A DNA stretch of 57,696 bases, counting the filler, from Sphacelaria rigidula (Eukaryota): NCBI GenBank assembly GCA_964200075.2. It is 7 parts of 7 records of this genome, joined end to end, with 100 filler letters (N's around TTAATTAATTAA, not from the genome) between each part and the next. Parts side by side here need not be neighbours in the genome. Positions count along the whole stretch, not along the records: positions 8,258 to 16,414 come from CAXNAA020012094.1; positions 16,515 to 24,671 come from CAXNAA020012095.1; 5 more parts are not named here. One strand, given 5' to 3'. This document shows positions 12,240 through 24,671 of the stretch, piece by piece. Position 1 is the stretch's first letter. Every line of letters begins with the position of its first letter. The notes beneath the pieces are model-generated. The model was not told the DNA's origin. It searched no databases and saw only the letters and a program-made list of their open reading frames with translations. A program made the position numbers and the translations under genes.

Positions 12240-12547
12240 TTTTCCTTTTTTTTCCCAACACTTTGAACCCTTCCCCTTCCTCGGGATGAGCCCGTGGTCT
12301 CAAGGGATCAACCCATCTCTCCCACGGCACGTGCCTTTCATTTTGGTCTTGCGGATTGGATCATGACCAGCACTCCTGCACCGCGTCAACTTACATCACA
12401 CAAACCCAGTCGACTACTTTGTTTACTCACGTTCTCACGCTTTCCACGGTGGAAATCATACATTNNNNNNNNNNCAACACATCGGGAATCGAACCCCGTT
12501 CTCTCCACCCTAATGGCGACAGTCGGACCATTACACCACCGGGGCGC
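12240..12547 (-). mobile_element. tRNA-derived SINE family 2
   Basis: A box TGGTGTAATGG, B box GGTTCGATTCC, A-rich tail; body shared with 21380-22145, about 23520-23600 and about 49280-49350. Confidence 0.75.
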
Positions 12548-13243
12548 GGCGGCTAGCCCGGGTAAAAATGTAAGTGATGGTGCAAGCATATCGGGTACAT
12601 AAATGGTGGATACTGTCGACACCTGGGGAAGATATGGGTTAGAGTTGGGGGTGGCATTTCTGCATGTTCTTCTGTATTTAGCAATCCAGATCCCGTCGCT
12701 ACTCGAAAAGCATGAACTCATCTCTCCCCCGATACCTGCAATGAATGGTGAGGTACTCATAAGGCGGCGCGTAAGCCGTGGCCGTCTCTGGAAGGAGCAA
12801 TTCCAGAAGATAAAGCAACTCATTGGATACTGACGTCCAAATGCAACATAATCGGTACGCTTCGGGCCGAACAGTCCCAGCAAGGTGCAGCTCACCCTTC
12901 ATGCGACTCGCCGAACATATCACGGCGCTTCGCTTGGTGATTGACGGCGAGCCTGATCCGGCGAAAACCCGACGTGCACCGTCCCGGTTTTGTAGAGATG
13001 CGAGGTCAATATTCATTTGACTAGGACATGCAAGGTCATGAGTACAACCCCGATACCTGCCTGGCAATATTTTTCGACCGTTCGACAATCATTTCCGCGG
13101 CCTGCCGGCCTTGGAGTCGCGTCACGGTAGGAGTGCACTTCTCTGCCCAAAACTTGTCGGAGGTGTTTTCACGTTATCAAACAAAACCATGTCATTTTTC
13201 ACAATTTGTAGTATTTGCCTACGAGGAGATCGCCTCACGTTCA

Positions 13244-13741
13244 GGGTGTGTGGTCGCACACTATTTTTCGATAAAAATGAGCGGCGGAAAAGGAAAACCT
13301 TGATCTGATAGGCCGTGATTTCATCTACTTGTATCAACAATGTTTTCGTGAGATTGATAGTAGAGGATATGACTGAGAGTGAAAAGCGGTCAATTAGTGG
13401 ATGAATCGTTTCATTTCTGAAATGCCCCTCCAAGAGGCCCGATATGCATTCTGCAGTAGCTTGCCACTGAGGCCCTTGATATCCGTGCGTGGGATATCGA
13501 CGTGTAGCTGTAAGCACACGCCAGCGATGGAGGCAAAGAAAAGCACGCATGGAACGAAAAATTGGCAAAGTTAAAGCTAATGATCGAGGCCACTCTCAAT
13601 CAGCGCTCTACTCTCAATCTCACGAAGACTTTCTTTATCGTAGTTTATTTTGAACATGGTTGAAATGACGACCTATCAGATCGGAATATTTGTTTTCCAC
13701 CGCGCTTTTTCGATCGAAAAATGGTGTGCTAAGACACGGCC
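13244..13741. mobile_element. 498-bp PIF/Harbinger (Tourist-like) MITE with TCA target-site duplication
   Basis: TCA|GGGTGTGTGG...ACACGGCC|TCA; about 120-bp imperfect TIRs; related fragments at about 1733-1770, 2015-2085 and 22255-22455. Confidence 0.8.
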
Positions 13742-14639
13742 TCAGACGCAGCTTCGTCCGAACTGCACCTGCGCGAGTGTGCGACAATCTATGTCCAACT
13801 CCAGCGCGTCGGCTAAAAAGAAAATGTTCAACCTGTGCCGTAGCATGACTCGTCTTACTTGTTCAGCTTCGAGGGTCATGGCCGCAAGCGATTTCTTGCT
13901 GCCACAATATGACCCAAATGGTCGGCAACACGCTGGGAAAACATAGTGATCGAGTGCAGTTCCTGCTTCAGCTCTACAACGCTGGCCATGACTGTGCGTT
14001 GTGTATTATCAACACAGGACATCGCGTCCGTGACTACACGGGTATGTGAAAATGAAGGTATGGAAATGAAGTCGGTCGCATCGGCGCAGGTGGGCCAAAA
14101 CGTCTACATGAGTTCTGGCGGTCGAAGCTCAATATCAGTGATGAATGCTGTCATTTATTTCAATAGTCGGCAAGCCGTCCCCCGCCCCCCTCTCCCACCC
14201 TCAACCAACGGATTGCTCGAGTAAAAAACGCCGATACTTTCGATTCGCCGCCGGACAAAAGCAATATGCTACTACTACGTAGTGCAGCGTAGTGAGTGGT
14301 TTTTGGCACTCGCACTATGCCTCACCAAAATCCAAATGAAAATAGCCAAACGAATAAGGGAACAAGAAAACACATGTAACCCGATAAAACCAGTATCTCG
14401 ACTATTTAGCCGAAAACAAACGGTGCAAAACCAGGAGGAAACCGGCTTCGTTTCCATTTCATCTACCGGTCGCTCAAACCGCCGGTGTCGAAGCAGGTTA
14501 TCACTTTCCCTCCGAGGTGCCTTGCTCCTGCATGGAATTGTAAAACGCGTTGGTCGCCCCCGTTTCTTCGCCCGCCGACTTCAACGCCAGGTGACGGTCC
14601 AATCTCTCCCTGTGGGGGGAACAAGAAATGGACCGCACG

Positions 14640-15155
14640 AGCAAAAATATCAGAATGTACTGATGAGGGCGGCGAGACGGCAATAACCGAGATAATCACC
14701 CCGCCGTGTAGCGGCGTTGGGATGAGGCGGTAAAGTACCGCGAATATGGACATCCTCTTCCTTATCTCATCTATTGGTCTTCCTCCTCTCCTTCGCTTTT
14801 CGACTCTAGCGATGTGAGTCCTGATGATGGTTTTTATTCGTCTTCTGCCTTATCTCCGAGAGTTTCTCTTCACTTTTCGTTTGCTCAATTATTTCCCGCT
14901 GTACTTCGCTGAGCCGCACTAGTGTTCGTGTCTTTCCCCTGTAGGGATAGCGGAGAGCTCCTGACGTAGTAGTACGGTTGTTCTGTCTGTTTTTGGTTTC
15001 CTTTTCTCACTTGTTATCCCTCGCGTTCTTGAAATTCCCACGGCGACCTTTTATTAATTATCTGCTCCGTGGGCCGCTGTCTTGCGATCACGACCGAATT
15101 TGCGGCGGATCAGCTCATGCAGAACAAATATCAACCGATCAGTTAATCGATTAAC
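14640..15155 (+). mobile_element. Probable 5'-truncated LINE 3' end (divergent)
   Basis: Pyrimidine-rich UTR then CTTGCGATCACGACCGAATTT..GATCAGCTCATGC and a degenerate AATC-like tail. Confidence 0.35.
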
Positions 15156-15176
15156 ATATGCAGCTAAATAACTCTC

Positions 15177-15570
15177 GATATCCACGATTTTGTCTATTGA
15201 TTGTCTGTGATTTCATGTATAGATTTCCATGATTACATCCCTTGATGCCAGCGTTTGATGTCTTGATTTTCAACTTTCATATTTTCATGTCTGCGATCCA
15301 GGCCTTAATTTCCACCATTGAATGTATTGCTTTCCACGAGTTCATGACTCGTGTTCCATGATTTCATCCCTGGATTTCCGTGATTTCAATCCTTGATCCC
15401 CACGATTTAATCCGTTGATTTCCATTATTTCATCTCTTGATCTCCATGGTTTCATCTCTTGATTTCTATTTTTTCATCTCTTGACTCCCATGGTTATACC
15501 TATTGGATTCGCATCCTTCTCTTCTTTTTGCAGAACGTCATTTCTTGATTTCGGTATTTCATATATCGAT
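15177..15570 (+). repeat. Degenerate 22-bp minisatellite (GATTTCCATGATTTCATCCCTT)n
   Basis: Periodicity is clearest at 15350-15500. Confidence 0.7.
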
Positions 15571-15685
15571 TTCTATCTTTCACTGTGTCAGAATCGACAA
15601 GCCATGATCCAGCTCGCCTACGCGGAAAAAACGAAGCAGACAAATGGCGTGAACCGCATGACCTAAGTTTGTCTCATCACCATCG

Positions 15686-15686
<1 letters not shown>

Positions 15687-15746
<60 letters not shown>
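15687..15746 (+). repeat. (CAA)20 microsatellite
   Basis: Direct reading. Confidence 0.97.
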
Positions 15747-16514
15747 CGGAGAAAACAAAGGAGGGAGCCAAGCCTTGAAAAACAAATGAACAAAAAATGA
15801 AAACAAGCGAACAATGGAAAAAAAAAACTCGCCGTTTTTTGCCACCCAGTCCATCCACCAGCTCATTGTAGTGTAACCCCTGCTGCCTTTTGACCATGGG
15901 CATGTGCCCCTTCCGCCCGAGTACTTGCCCGGGACCAACGCCCATTTGGCGCAGGTACGCCAAGCCTTCCCTCCACGTCATAATATCCTCCGCTTCTTCT
16001 TCGTTGTTTGAACACATCGGTACACAGCACGGGGCGGCAGGCATAATAGGTGATAAACTCAGGCCCTTGAATCGTCCATTTCGTGAACCTTCAGCCGGCT
16101 CGGGCGGAAGTAATTCGAGGACTCGAGTCCCGAGCGTCGCTTTGTTTTCGTTTCAACATGAAGGGCATGAGCAGGATACTATTTTTTGGGGCGAGGGTTG
16201 ACGAGGGGTGTGAGGGGGTGCTAACCCAATCCGCGATAACAAAGTTCCGGGCATAAACTGGGGTGAAGATTGGTTGATCGATTGATTCCTCAGGACTACG
16301 GACTCGGCCCGAGTGGTCCCGAGTAGTTGGGGGGGGGGGGGGGGCGAAGGATGCAAAAAAGAGAAAAAAGGGGCTTTGCCATGCCCGTTCACGCCCAAGG
16401 GATAAAAAAAAAAGNNNNNNNNNNNNNNNNNNNNNNNNNNNNNNNNNNNNNNNNNNNNTTAATTAATTAANNNNNNNNNNNNNNNNNNNNNNNNNNNNNN
16501 NNNNNNNNNNNNNN

Positions 16515-17320
16515 CAAAAAATGGGCATCCGGAGATATTTTATATCTCTTGACAAATAGTGAAAGAAAAATCATCTGCGATCAATAATGAGTGACTTACG
16601 GGCTTGACCGATCCTCGGGGGTCCTGCGAAAATACGACCACAGGCTCTAGCTTTTCGGTATTTTCGGTGGACCGACTCGATCCGGTTCATATCAATGAAG
16701 ACTCAAAAAGGATTGTTGTTTTGCAATTCCACCAAGTCACTGCGCTAGAGCAGCAAAACTATGTTTCTTGGACCATTTACGGTCATTAACACCCTCCTGA
16801 TGAACAGGGTCTTTACCCGGTACCGCCACCACGACACCAACTTGGGCGATTGTGATTTGAGCACGGTTTGCTTATTTTGCCAAAAATTTCGACGCTAGCT
16901 CTTACGGGTGCCCATGGAGAATGACATGCGAAAACCCCCCGAAAATAGGTCATCCGCAGAAGATGCTAGACTGAAGTCAGTGCAGTATAGGAGGGAAACA
17001 CGATCTTGATAGTTTTTGTGAAGAATTTTATACGTATTCATTTATCTAAAAGTTTACCGTTTCGTCGCTGAAGAGCGGGAAAACTGCTTGTATTGGACCA
17101 AAAACGGTCAATTACACCCTCCTGATAAATGGGTATCAAGTCCGTATCGCCCCAAAAACACCAATTTGAGCACTGCAGTTTGAGCGCGGCCTACGCTTTC
17201 TCCCTAAATTTACCCGCGCTAGCACTTTCAAGTAGTAGTGAAGAAAAGAACTCCAGAAAAACTCAAAGAACAACAACAACTACGAATTCTGACAACTTCT
17301 GATGCTGACTACTGTAGTAC
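16515..17320. mobile_element. CACTA-family copy with an internally duplicated unit
   Basis: GAGTGACTTACGGG and two CGGTCA..ACACCCTCCTGAT..ACACCAA..GCTAGC units (about 16780 and 17105); TIR-like TACTACTGTAGT at about 17308. Confidence 0.55.
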
Positions 17321-18404
17321 TTGCACTTTTGTGCTTTTCCAGATTTGAATGATACGAACTGAGTGGTATTTGAATTTTCAAATTGGTTGTTGTCTCAGGC
17401 TATTCCAGATTCGGCATTAGATTTCTGTAACAGAAAACACTCGTATTTTTCGGAATACTCTCCAAAAAACGAGGGTAACTTTAAAAAAAACAAGCAGAAC
17501 TCTTCGAAAAACTGCTCAAACCATGACCCTATTTAATGGAGTACAGGGTACCACACTCAACACAAGACAATTCTGCAGTGGTGTATGGAGTACAGAGTAC
17601 TACAACACTCAACACAAGACAACGCAGCAGTTCTGCAGCATCACGAGAAATCACGCGCCGTTCTAATCGAGTATGCTAGGGTGGGAAACAAGTGATACAG
17701 AAACGGTAAAATAGCACGCGAACAGACCAGCGACCTCAAGGAGGGCGGCAATCACGCGCAAGGGGGTATTGGTATTGTCGCAGGTCGAAACGCGGATCGC
17801 GTTCCGCACAAGGAGAAGAAGCAACAGCAGTAGTATCAGCAGCATCTTTACTACCAGTAGATATACGCGGCTGGGGGTGGGTCTAAATCAGCCGGTGCCA
17901 ATTTGTGTTTGTGTCAGCGCTGTCCAGCACGGTGGCTATCACTCGCAAGGTGCGTGGGTGTTGTCGCACGATGAAGAGCAGCAGCAGCAGCAGCATCGGC
18001 GCCGGTTGATTCAGACCCACCCCCAGCCACGCACATTTACTGTCAATAAATATGCTGCTGCTGCTGCTGCTTCTCGTGCGGATGGTCCACGGCACTTGAC
18101 AGCCCCCAGCATACACACAAGATCTAGGGTTTGATATTTTGCTGGCGTCGCGTCAGCGGCCCGAGAATCCCTCCCTCAGAGCAGAAAACTCCTTATTTCA
18201 GTACATTTGGGTTATTTGCGAGTCAGCATCACGCGCAAACGCGAAAACTAAACTAGGCGACGTAGCTTAGGTGTGTGGGAAGCGCGCGCAAGAAACCGCA
18301 GTCCAATCCCCCGCTTCGGTGTCGAGTTGCAAGCGTTGCGCGATTGGCACTTTCGGGTTGAGGATCAGTAGCGTCATTCGAGGTCGAAGATGGCAAATTA
18401 AAAA

Positions 18405-19010
18405 AAATCGGTGCTTATACTTCTTTTCCTGCCGCAAGCAAGTTGTGACGACATGCACTTTGGTTGCGTGCCCCCAGCCGCTGCTTTGTTCTGTGCGGCT
18501 GTGCACAAAGAAAGGGCAATTTCGCCTTTCAACGGCGAGTATCCTTTGAAGTGTCGAACTACAGAGGGAGAGTTGACAGAAGAAAGACAAAGCTAGCGGC
18601 CGCTTCATGTCAGGGCTCCAGTGCAGAAGCCAAGGCGTCGAGAGCGATTTTAGCACGAGTATATGCCTTACATCTGCTGGCGACCGCGATCGTGTATGTA
18701 GTAACTGTCTGTATATACTATTAATAGTATCAGAATGAGATGCAAACTATGCGATGTTTGACAACCTTCGTTTTGGGCTGCGTCTTTTTTCCTTGCGGCA
18801 AGCAGTGTGTGACGGATGACATTTCACTTTTTGGCATCCCACCAGGTACTGCTTCGTTCTGTACGACTGTGCACAAAGGGGAAATTCGCCTTTCAACAGC
18901 GAGTACCCTTCATGTATTGAGTTGCAGAGAGCGAGGTCACACATGAACTTCGGTTGTTGTGTCTGAGGGTTCCAGCGGAGAAGCCAAGGCGCGAAGAGTG
19001 ATTTTGATTT
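18405..19010 (+). repeat. Diverged tandem duplication, about 360-bp period
   Basis: CTGTGCACAAAG..TTCGCCTTTCAAC.GCGAGTA..GAAGCCAAGGCG occurs at about 18500-18640 and about 18865-18990. Confidence 0.65.
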
Positions 19011-19847
19011 CAGACTGCGCACCATGTTTGCCTAGGTCCGCAGAGCCACGATGTTCATAGTCACTGCCTGTACACTGTACATACTGAGAATCGGGAAAAA
19101 TTGACGTTGAAGATGTTGTTGATCTGGACAGAGAGAATCAGACTGTGCCCAAGCAGCTGACAAGATGGGATTCCTCCCACTCATGCCATGACCCTGACCC
19201 CATGGGGCCCATGAGAAATTCACTCTCCAACCCCGCAGTCATAGCTGTGTGTAGGACATTCAGCGCGTAGCCAATCCACACAGCGTGAACCTCTTGATCG
19301 TCAACATCATCAGCATCGTTCTCATAGTTTTCTGATGCGCGACGCTGCTGCTCATGATCTCCACATTTCCGTCCTTTCTCGTTCCAGCACTATGTCAGGC
19401 ACGCCTTTCACTGCAGTTACATTGGTGTGTAGCGGTCACATTAGCTGCTGTTTGTGCTCTTGTCTCGTTATCTCCGCAATGACGGTAAACGTGGGGTGCA
19501 GCTCGGGGGCGTGCGCTTCCCGACTGGTACAGACGAAGGTAGGACCCTCGCTAGTGCAACAAGATTGTCCATCTACTGATGTGGAGCGAGCTTTCCGGAG
19601 GAACAAGATCACCTCAACACCGACCACTCCCAGGTTTGAATAATTGTACTAGAAATATAGTTTATTTCTTATCAGCCAAATCGTCATTTCGTGACGCTGG
19701 TATTTTCCGTTGATATGACTCGTTGGATTACCGGCCACTTCTGACGCATGTAGCGTTCAGCTTGCACTTTCCATGAATATAGTACCGAAAATCTACAATT
19801 CCTACCCATAACTGTACCGTCTAATTTTTGGCCAAGAGCGAAACTGT

Positions 19848-20052
19848 TGTAATGCGTGAGAGGACCGCGTGCTTGGAGGACCCCGTCGGAAGTTGAACAT
19901 CCCTATGGTTGGGTTTAGGGTTAGGGTTAGTGTTGGGGTCAGGGTCGCGGTACCTGCAGGGACTGGCACGATTGGTTTTGGAAAACGTCGATACTGAGGT
20001 GTTTCGAGCTACGGTGCGGTCCTCTAAGCACGCGGTCCTCTCACGCATTACA
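19848..20052 (-). mobile_element. MITE with internal telomere-like (TTAGGG) repeats, copy 2
   Basis: Perfect 27-bp TIR TGTAATGCGTGAGAGGACCGCGTGCTT; GGGTTTAGGGTTAGGGTTAGTGTTGGGGTCAGGG inside. Confidence 0.82.
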
Positions 20053-21379
20053 CGGTAACCTACGGAAAACGCAAAGGTGCTCTGGAACGGTCTGAGGTGT
20101 CAACATCCGCTGAGCCCTCTTCCCGGGGCAAAAACGACGTAGAAGGGTGAAAAAAGCACGTTTCAACAAGTTATTTTTTTTTCGATACATAAGAAGTATA
20201 ACAAGTAGCCTAACAAAGGAAAAGGGGGAAAAAAATTGGAAGCGCGATTGCGAAGCAGAGCAATCTTTTCAGAGAGAACCTAGGGTGCTGACTGCCGAAA
20301 ATACTTGAGAACTGCAGAGTACCTGGAGTATCAACACCTCAAATCGCTCGTACTCGTCGTATTCGTACTCTACCCCATCTTAAGCATCCTGACTGGGACC
20401 CCTGAGCCGTGGCACAAACAAGTGCATGTTATTTGACGGAGGGCTGGGTCTACGGATGGTGAGGAGCCGTCATCCACACCGTTTCTCTCTGCGTTGCGTT
20501 CCTTCTTCCAACACTGCAAGGGGAACGAGGGCTGGCTGTCTGTACACGCGCATTTCTTTCGCATTTACCCTCAATCCTCCAGCTTGTGTAGCACGAGCTG
20601 TGGTGATCATAGATTTGCAGGCATTTATCTCGCAGTCGAGTTCAATCTCGATGCATATTGTGTAGTGTAGGCCATGCGTTCGGTGGCACACATCGTCACG
20701 ACCGTGGAGTAGAGGTCGAGCAAATCCTGCGCAGCTCTCTTTGCATTCCCTCCTGCGGCCAAACGACCAATTTGCGACCTTTGTCTTTAACAAACTCTCT
20801 TCGTAAATTCATCCGGGGTACTGTGTTCCCTGCATCCTCCGCCCGCGTGGCGAGCACACATGTAGTTGATGTGTGCAAAAATAAGTCACAATGCTGCTGG
20901 TACGACGTGTACGTGTCAAGTTTTCGCAACACCCACACTCCTCTCCGCCGCCCCCCGAAAAAGATACGGAAACAACAAAGCTACCGCGCAGGTAGGCAGG
21001 CGCATTCAACTCAAGGCGCCAAAGACCAAAACCTAAACACGATAGATCTCCGTTATTTCCGCTCATTCATCTCCGTCTCACTCGTCCACGCGGGGCCTTG
21101 GACACGCCGCGAATTTCTTGGGTGAACAAGCGCTCAGCGTCAGCCTGTCACGTCACGTATGTCGATGGGATTGTTGATCGCGCAGAGAGCAAGAGAGAAG
21201 CATCCAGGCACCAGGTGTGGGAAGGCCGAATGTGAAAGCAATGGGAGGGAATCTTGAGAGGTGCTTTCATAACCGGGAAAAAACAGGGGGACAGACGGGC
21301 GGGCGGGCGGGCGGGCGGGCGAACGAGCAATTGCTGTGGGGATCAAATAAGTATACAGCCGAAAACGCGTAGTTGCGCC

Positions 21380-22145
21380 GATTTTTTTTCGTTCCTCAGT
21401 CACACTTTGAACCCCTCCGCTTCCTCGGGACGGGTCCGTGGTCTCAAGGGATTAGTGAGTCACTCGCCAGATACATGCCTTGCAGTTCAACAGTCGATCA
21501 TCGAAATTCTGAGGATGGAGCTTTTCATTGAGGATGATAACCCGGAAAAACTTCGTATCCGCGCCAATTCTTCGAGATATGGTTCGATTCCTTCATCTGC
21601 TGGTAGCTGTTGACAACTGCTACACTCCATGAAATTTGGATTTCGATGACCGAAATTTGGGAGTCCTTGATGATAAATAAAATGTTGGGAATTTGAGTGA
21701 TCCGGCCGGATCACCTAAATTCCCAATACATGCTCTTTTCACCCAAGATCCCCAAATTTCGGTAATCGGAATCCAAATTTCTATGGCGTGTATTCGTTGT
21801 CAAAAGCTACCAGCACTTGAAGGAATGAAACCATTTCTCGAAGAATTGGCATGTAAGCGAAGATTTGAATTTTCTGGGTTATCATCCTCAATTAAAAGCT
21901 CCATCCTCAAAATTTTGACGATCGGCTGTTTTATTGTCTCGCGCGTTGGATCAGCACTCTCGCACCGCGTCAACTCTCTTCAATCCCAGTAAAACGAACT
22001 CTTTTTTCAAGCCATGCTCTCACGCTTTTAAACGATGGAAAACGGATACTTGAACTTATGGAGGGGGGGGGGAAACCCGAACGCATCTGGCGGGTGTAGA
22101 ACCTGCGTTCTTCCACCCCTGGTGGTGTCAGTTGGGCCAGCAGTA
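21380..22145 (-). mobile_element. SINE family 2 copy split by a palindromic MITE
   Basis: ACTTTGAACCC..CTTCCTCGGGA..CCGTGGTCTCAAGGGAT and TTGGATCAGCACTC..CACCGCGTCAAC match 12260-12390 on either side of the insertion. Confidence 0.7.
21488..21931. mobile_element. About 445-bp fully palindromic foldback MITE
   Basis: Arms pair over about 210 bp from AACAGTCGATCATCGAAATT../..AATTTTGACGATCGGCTGTT to the central GATCCGGCCGGATC. Confidence 0.85.
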
Positions 22146-22454
22146 CGTGGGGGACAGGTGGGTATCACTCATCAGCAAAATAAAAAGGGAAATAAGGACC
22201 GGGGTGGACGATCGCATGCTGGAACGATACGCATATTAGCACACACACAAACGATGTTTTTGTGAGATCGAGTCTAGGATACGATTGAGAGTGAGAAACG
22301 TTCAATTAATGGATGAGATAATTTCACTTCTGTAGTAGCTTGCCACTGAAGCCTTCCTTTAATATCTCAGAGTAGGATATCGACGTGTAGCTGTAAGCAC
22401 ACGGCGATGTTACAGGCAAAGAAAAGCACACATCGAACGAAAAATTTGTCAAGT

Positions 22455-22990
22455 TAGGCCGAATGTTATGGCACACAGATTTTTGGCCCACGGCTTGATC
22501 ACTTTTTGGACGTTCGAGCCACTTTTTGACCCCCCAAAAGGGAAAATCGGCAACACACGTCTTGGACGTTTTGCATCACCCCACAGAGGAGAGCCTAGCC
22601 CACTTTTCAGATTCGCTTGGCTCTAAGGTTCTGAGAGCGGCCGCTAAACACTAATCCGTGTGCCATAAAATCTACGGCGATCTCCGCAGATCATTGGGCA
22701 AACTGGCGAGGGTCGGCAAGCACAGATTTTTGCACATGAATTGTTGCTCAGTGGCCAATCTCGAAACCTCGGAGCCAAGCGAACCTGAAGAGCAGACTGA
22801 GGCCGGATGTTACGGCAAACAGATTTTTGGCCCATGGATTGTTCACTTTTGAGGCGTTCGACCCACTTTTGACCTCCAAACAGGGAAAGTCGCCAACACA
22901 CGTCTCGGACACTTTACCCCACAGAGAGGAGCATAGTCTGCTTTTCAGATTCGGTCGGCTTCGAGGTTTCGAGATTGGCCAACACGCACC
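22455..22990. repeat. Cluster of related GGCCG-terminated MITE-like units, tandem and inverted
   Basis: GGCCGAATGTTATGGCACACAGATTTTTGGCCCA at about 22456 repeats at about 22801; inverted AATCCGTGTGCCATAA at about 22652. Confidence 0.5.
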
Positions 22991-24457
22991 TGATTCATTG
23001 CTGCATAGTTTTGGGGGGAAGGATGGTTTCGCTCTGTGTAGCTGTTTAGCGCCATCCCTGCAAGAAAGAAGTGCCACTTGAACCTCATTTTTCAGATCGA
23101 CCCCCATTTTTCAGGATCCGCTGTCAATCCCTTGGGAACCCATTGACGATGTTTGTTGTTGTGAATCAGCATCATTCTGACTTGAAAATGACTGAAAACG
23201 ATGCCGACTTACAACAACAAAAATCGTCAATGGGTTCCAAAAGTTGCACAGAAGAAAAAAAGGGCGTTTGGGGGCTGTTGACCCACACGTCGACCGTTTT
23301 CTGACAGTTGCGGTCTTCCAAAACCTGGACAAGATGTGGTCAATAAACAGTTGCAAATAGAATTGTACTGCGTAAAGTATAGGCCTATAGCGACTAGTGT
23401 CGGTAACATTTTTTTCCGCCTATTGCAACTATTAACCACACATGGTTCAGGTTGTGGATTATTGAAGCCATCCCTGCCCCAGTACGGTACACACCTTACA
23501 TTTTGGGGGGTACATCGCGGATTGGATCAGCACTCCCACACCGCGCAACCTCTAGCCTAAAACATTCCTTGCTACTCACGCCTTCACGTCTTCAACGACG
23601 CCAATGCGAACCTTCATTACCCGGGACAACACTACATCACTTTGTCGAGAAATGTACTGCGTACGGTATCGACGTTTGTGTCGAATGCAATAGACAATGT
23701 ATATTCCATACTGTACCCAGTACATTTCTTGACAAGGTGAATCTATAAAAGTTTTGTCCAGGGTGAAACAACTTGACAGTAAAAATGTCCAATGCATGTA
23801 CCAAGATCCGGACCGCCATTCTCAAGCCCTGCTGCAACTGGTGTTTCACACGTTTCACCAGTTAAAACAGCACTGAACTGCGAAAAATATCACAGAGAAA
23901 GAAAACAAACTGTGAAAGCTGATACTTGCGGAAAGCTGCACACACAAAAAACCGAGGTTTGATTCTGTACGCCAAACGTACCGGCTGTAAGTCGGGAATT
24001 TACGCAAGTATAAACGAAAAAATTTCTTCTGTAAACGCCCTTCCGAACCATATCGGAATGTTCGGCATACGTTGTTATATGATTCAAAATGCCGAACGAC
24101 AATCTCCCACATCCGGATATATACCGCGCCTTCAACAACATATGGTCAATAGTTGTAATATACAAGAAATGTACTGCTCTCAGTACAGGCTTATTGCGAC
24201 TACTGTCGTCTAGTCTTATTGCCACCATTGTCGGCTGACAATTGTCGCAATAAGCCTATACTGAGAGCAGTGCATTTTCTGTCTATTGCACCTACTGATC
24301 ATATCTTATCCAAGGTATGGTATATACCCTACAGAACACAGGTGCTTTAATAGGCGGACGATGGCAGACTTTGTGTCACATATCTCGTCATACTTTCAGC
24401 CATAATTATCTGAGCTCATTTGGCAGCTTGTTAAAAACAGCACGAGGATTGCAATAA

Positions 24458-24671
24458 GTGTGTGTCTTGTCGTCTCTTCTATTCTGGGCGCCGGTCTACA
24501 CCTTTTGGTATATGTGGGCGCATCAGCCGGGATCACACAGGAGGGAGGCCAACTTGTTTTTAGTACCCCACCTTACTTCTGCGGTGCTTGCCTTTATTTT
24601 TTATCGCGAGAGGGGCTCAGCAGTCCTTTTCCCTCGCCGACCGTTGAGTCGACTTTTGGTGTACCCACGAC
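24458..24671 (-). mobile_element. SINE family 1 copy cut by contig end
   Basis: Shares GCCGGTCTACACC..GGGCGCATCAGCCGGGATCACACAGGAG body and GTGTGTG tail. Confidence 0.8.

Noticed and set aside
14659-14700. Hammerhead ribozyme at CTGATGAG (also 22168-22178 on the minus strand)
   Set aside because: No stem II followed by GAAA could be built.
15177-15570. CRISPR-like array
   Set aside because: Repeats are contiguous and degenerate with no unique spacers, no cas genes, and a eukaryotic context.
15585-15800. PolyQ/polyV/polyL proteins
   Set aside because: Translation artefacts of the (CAA)20 microsatellite.
19908-19946. True telomere or chromosome end
   Set aside because: Short, degenerate and enclosed by MITE TIRs in mid-contig.
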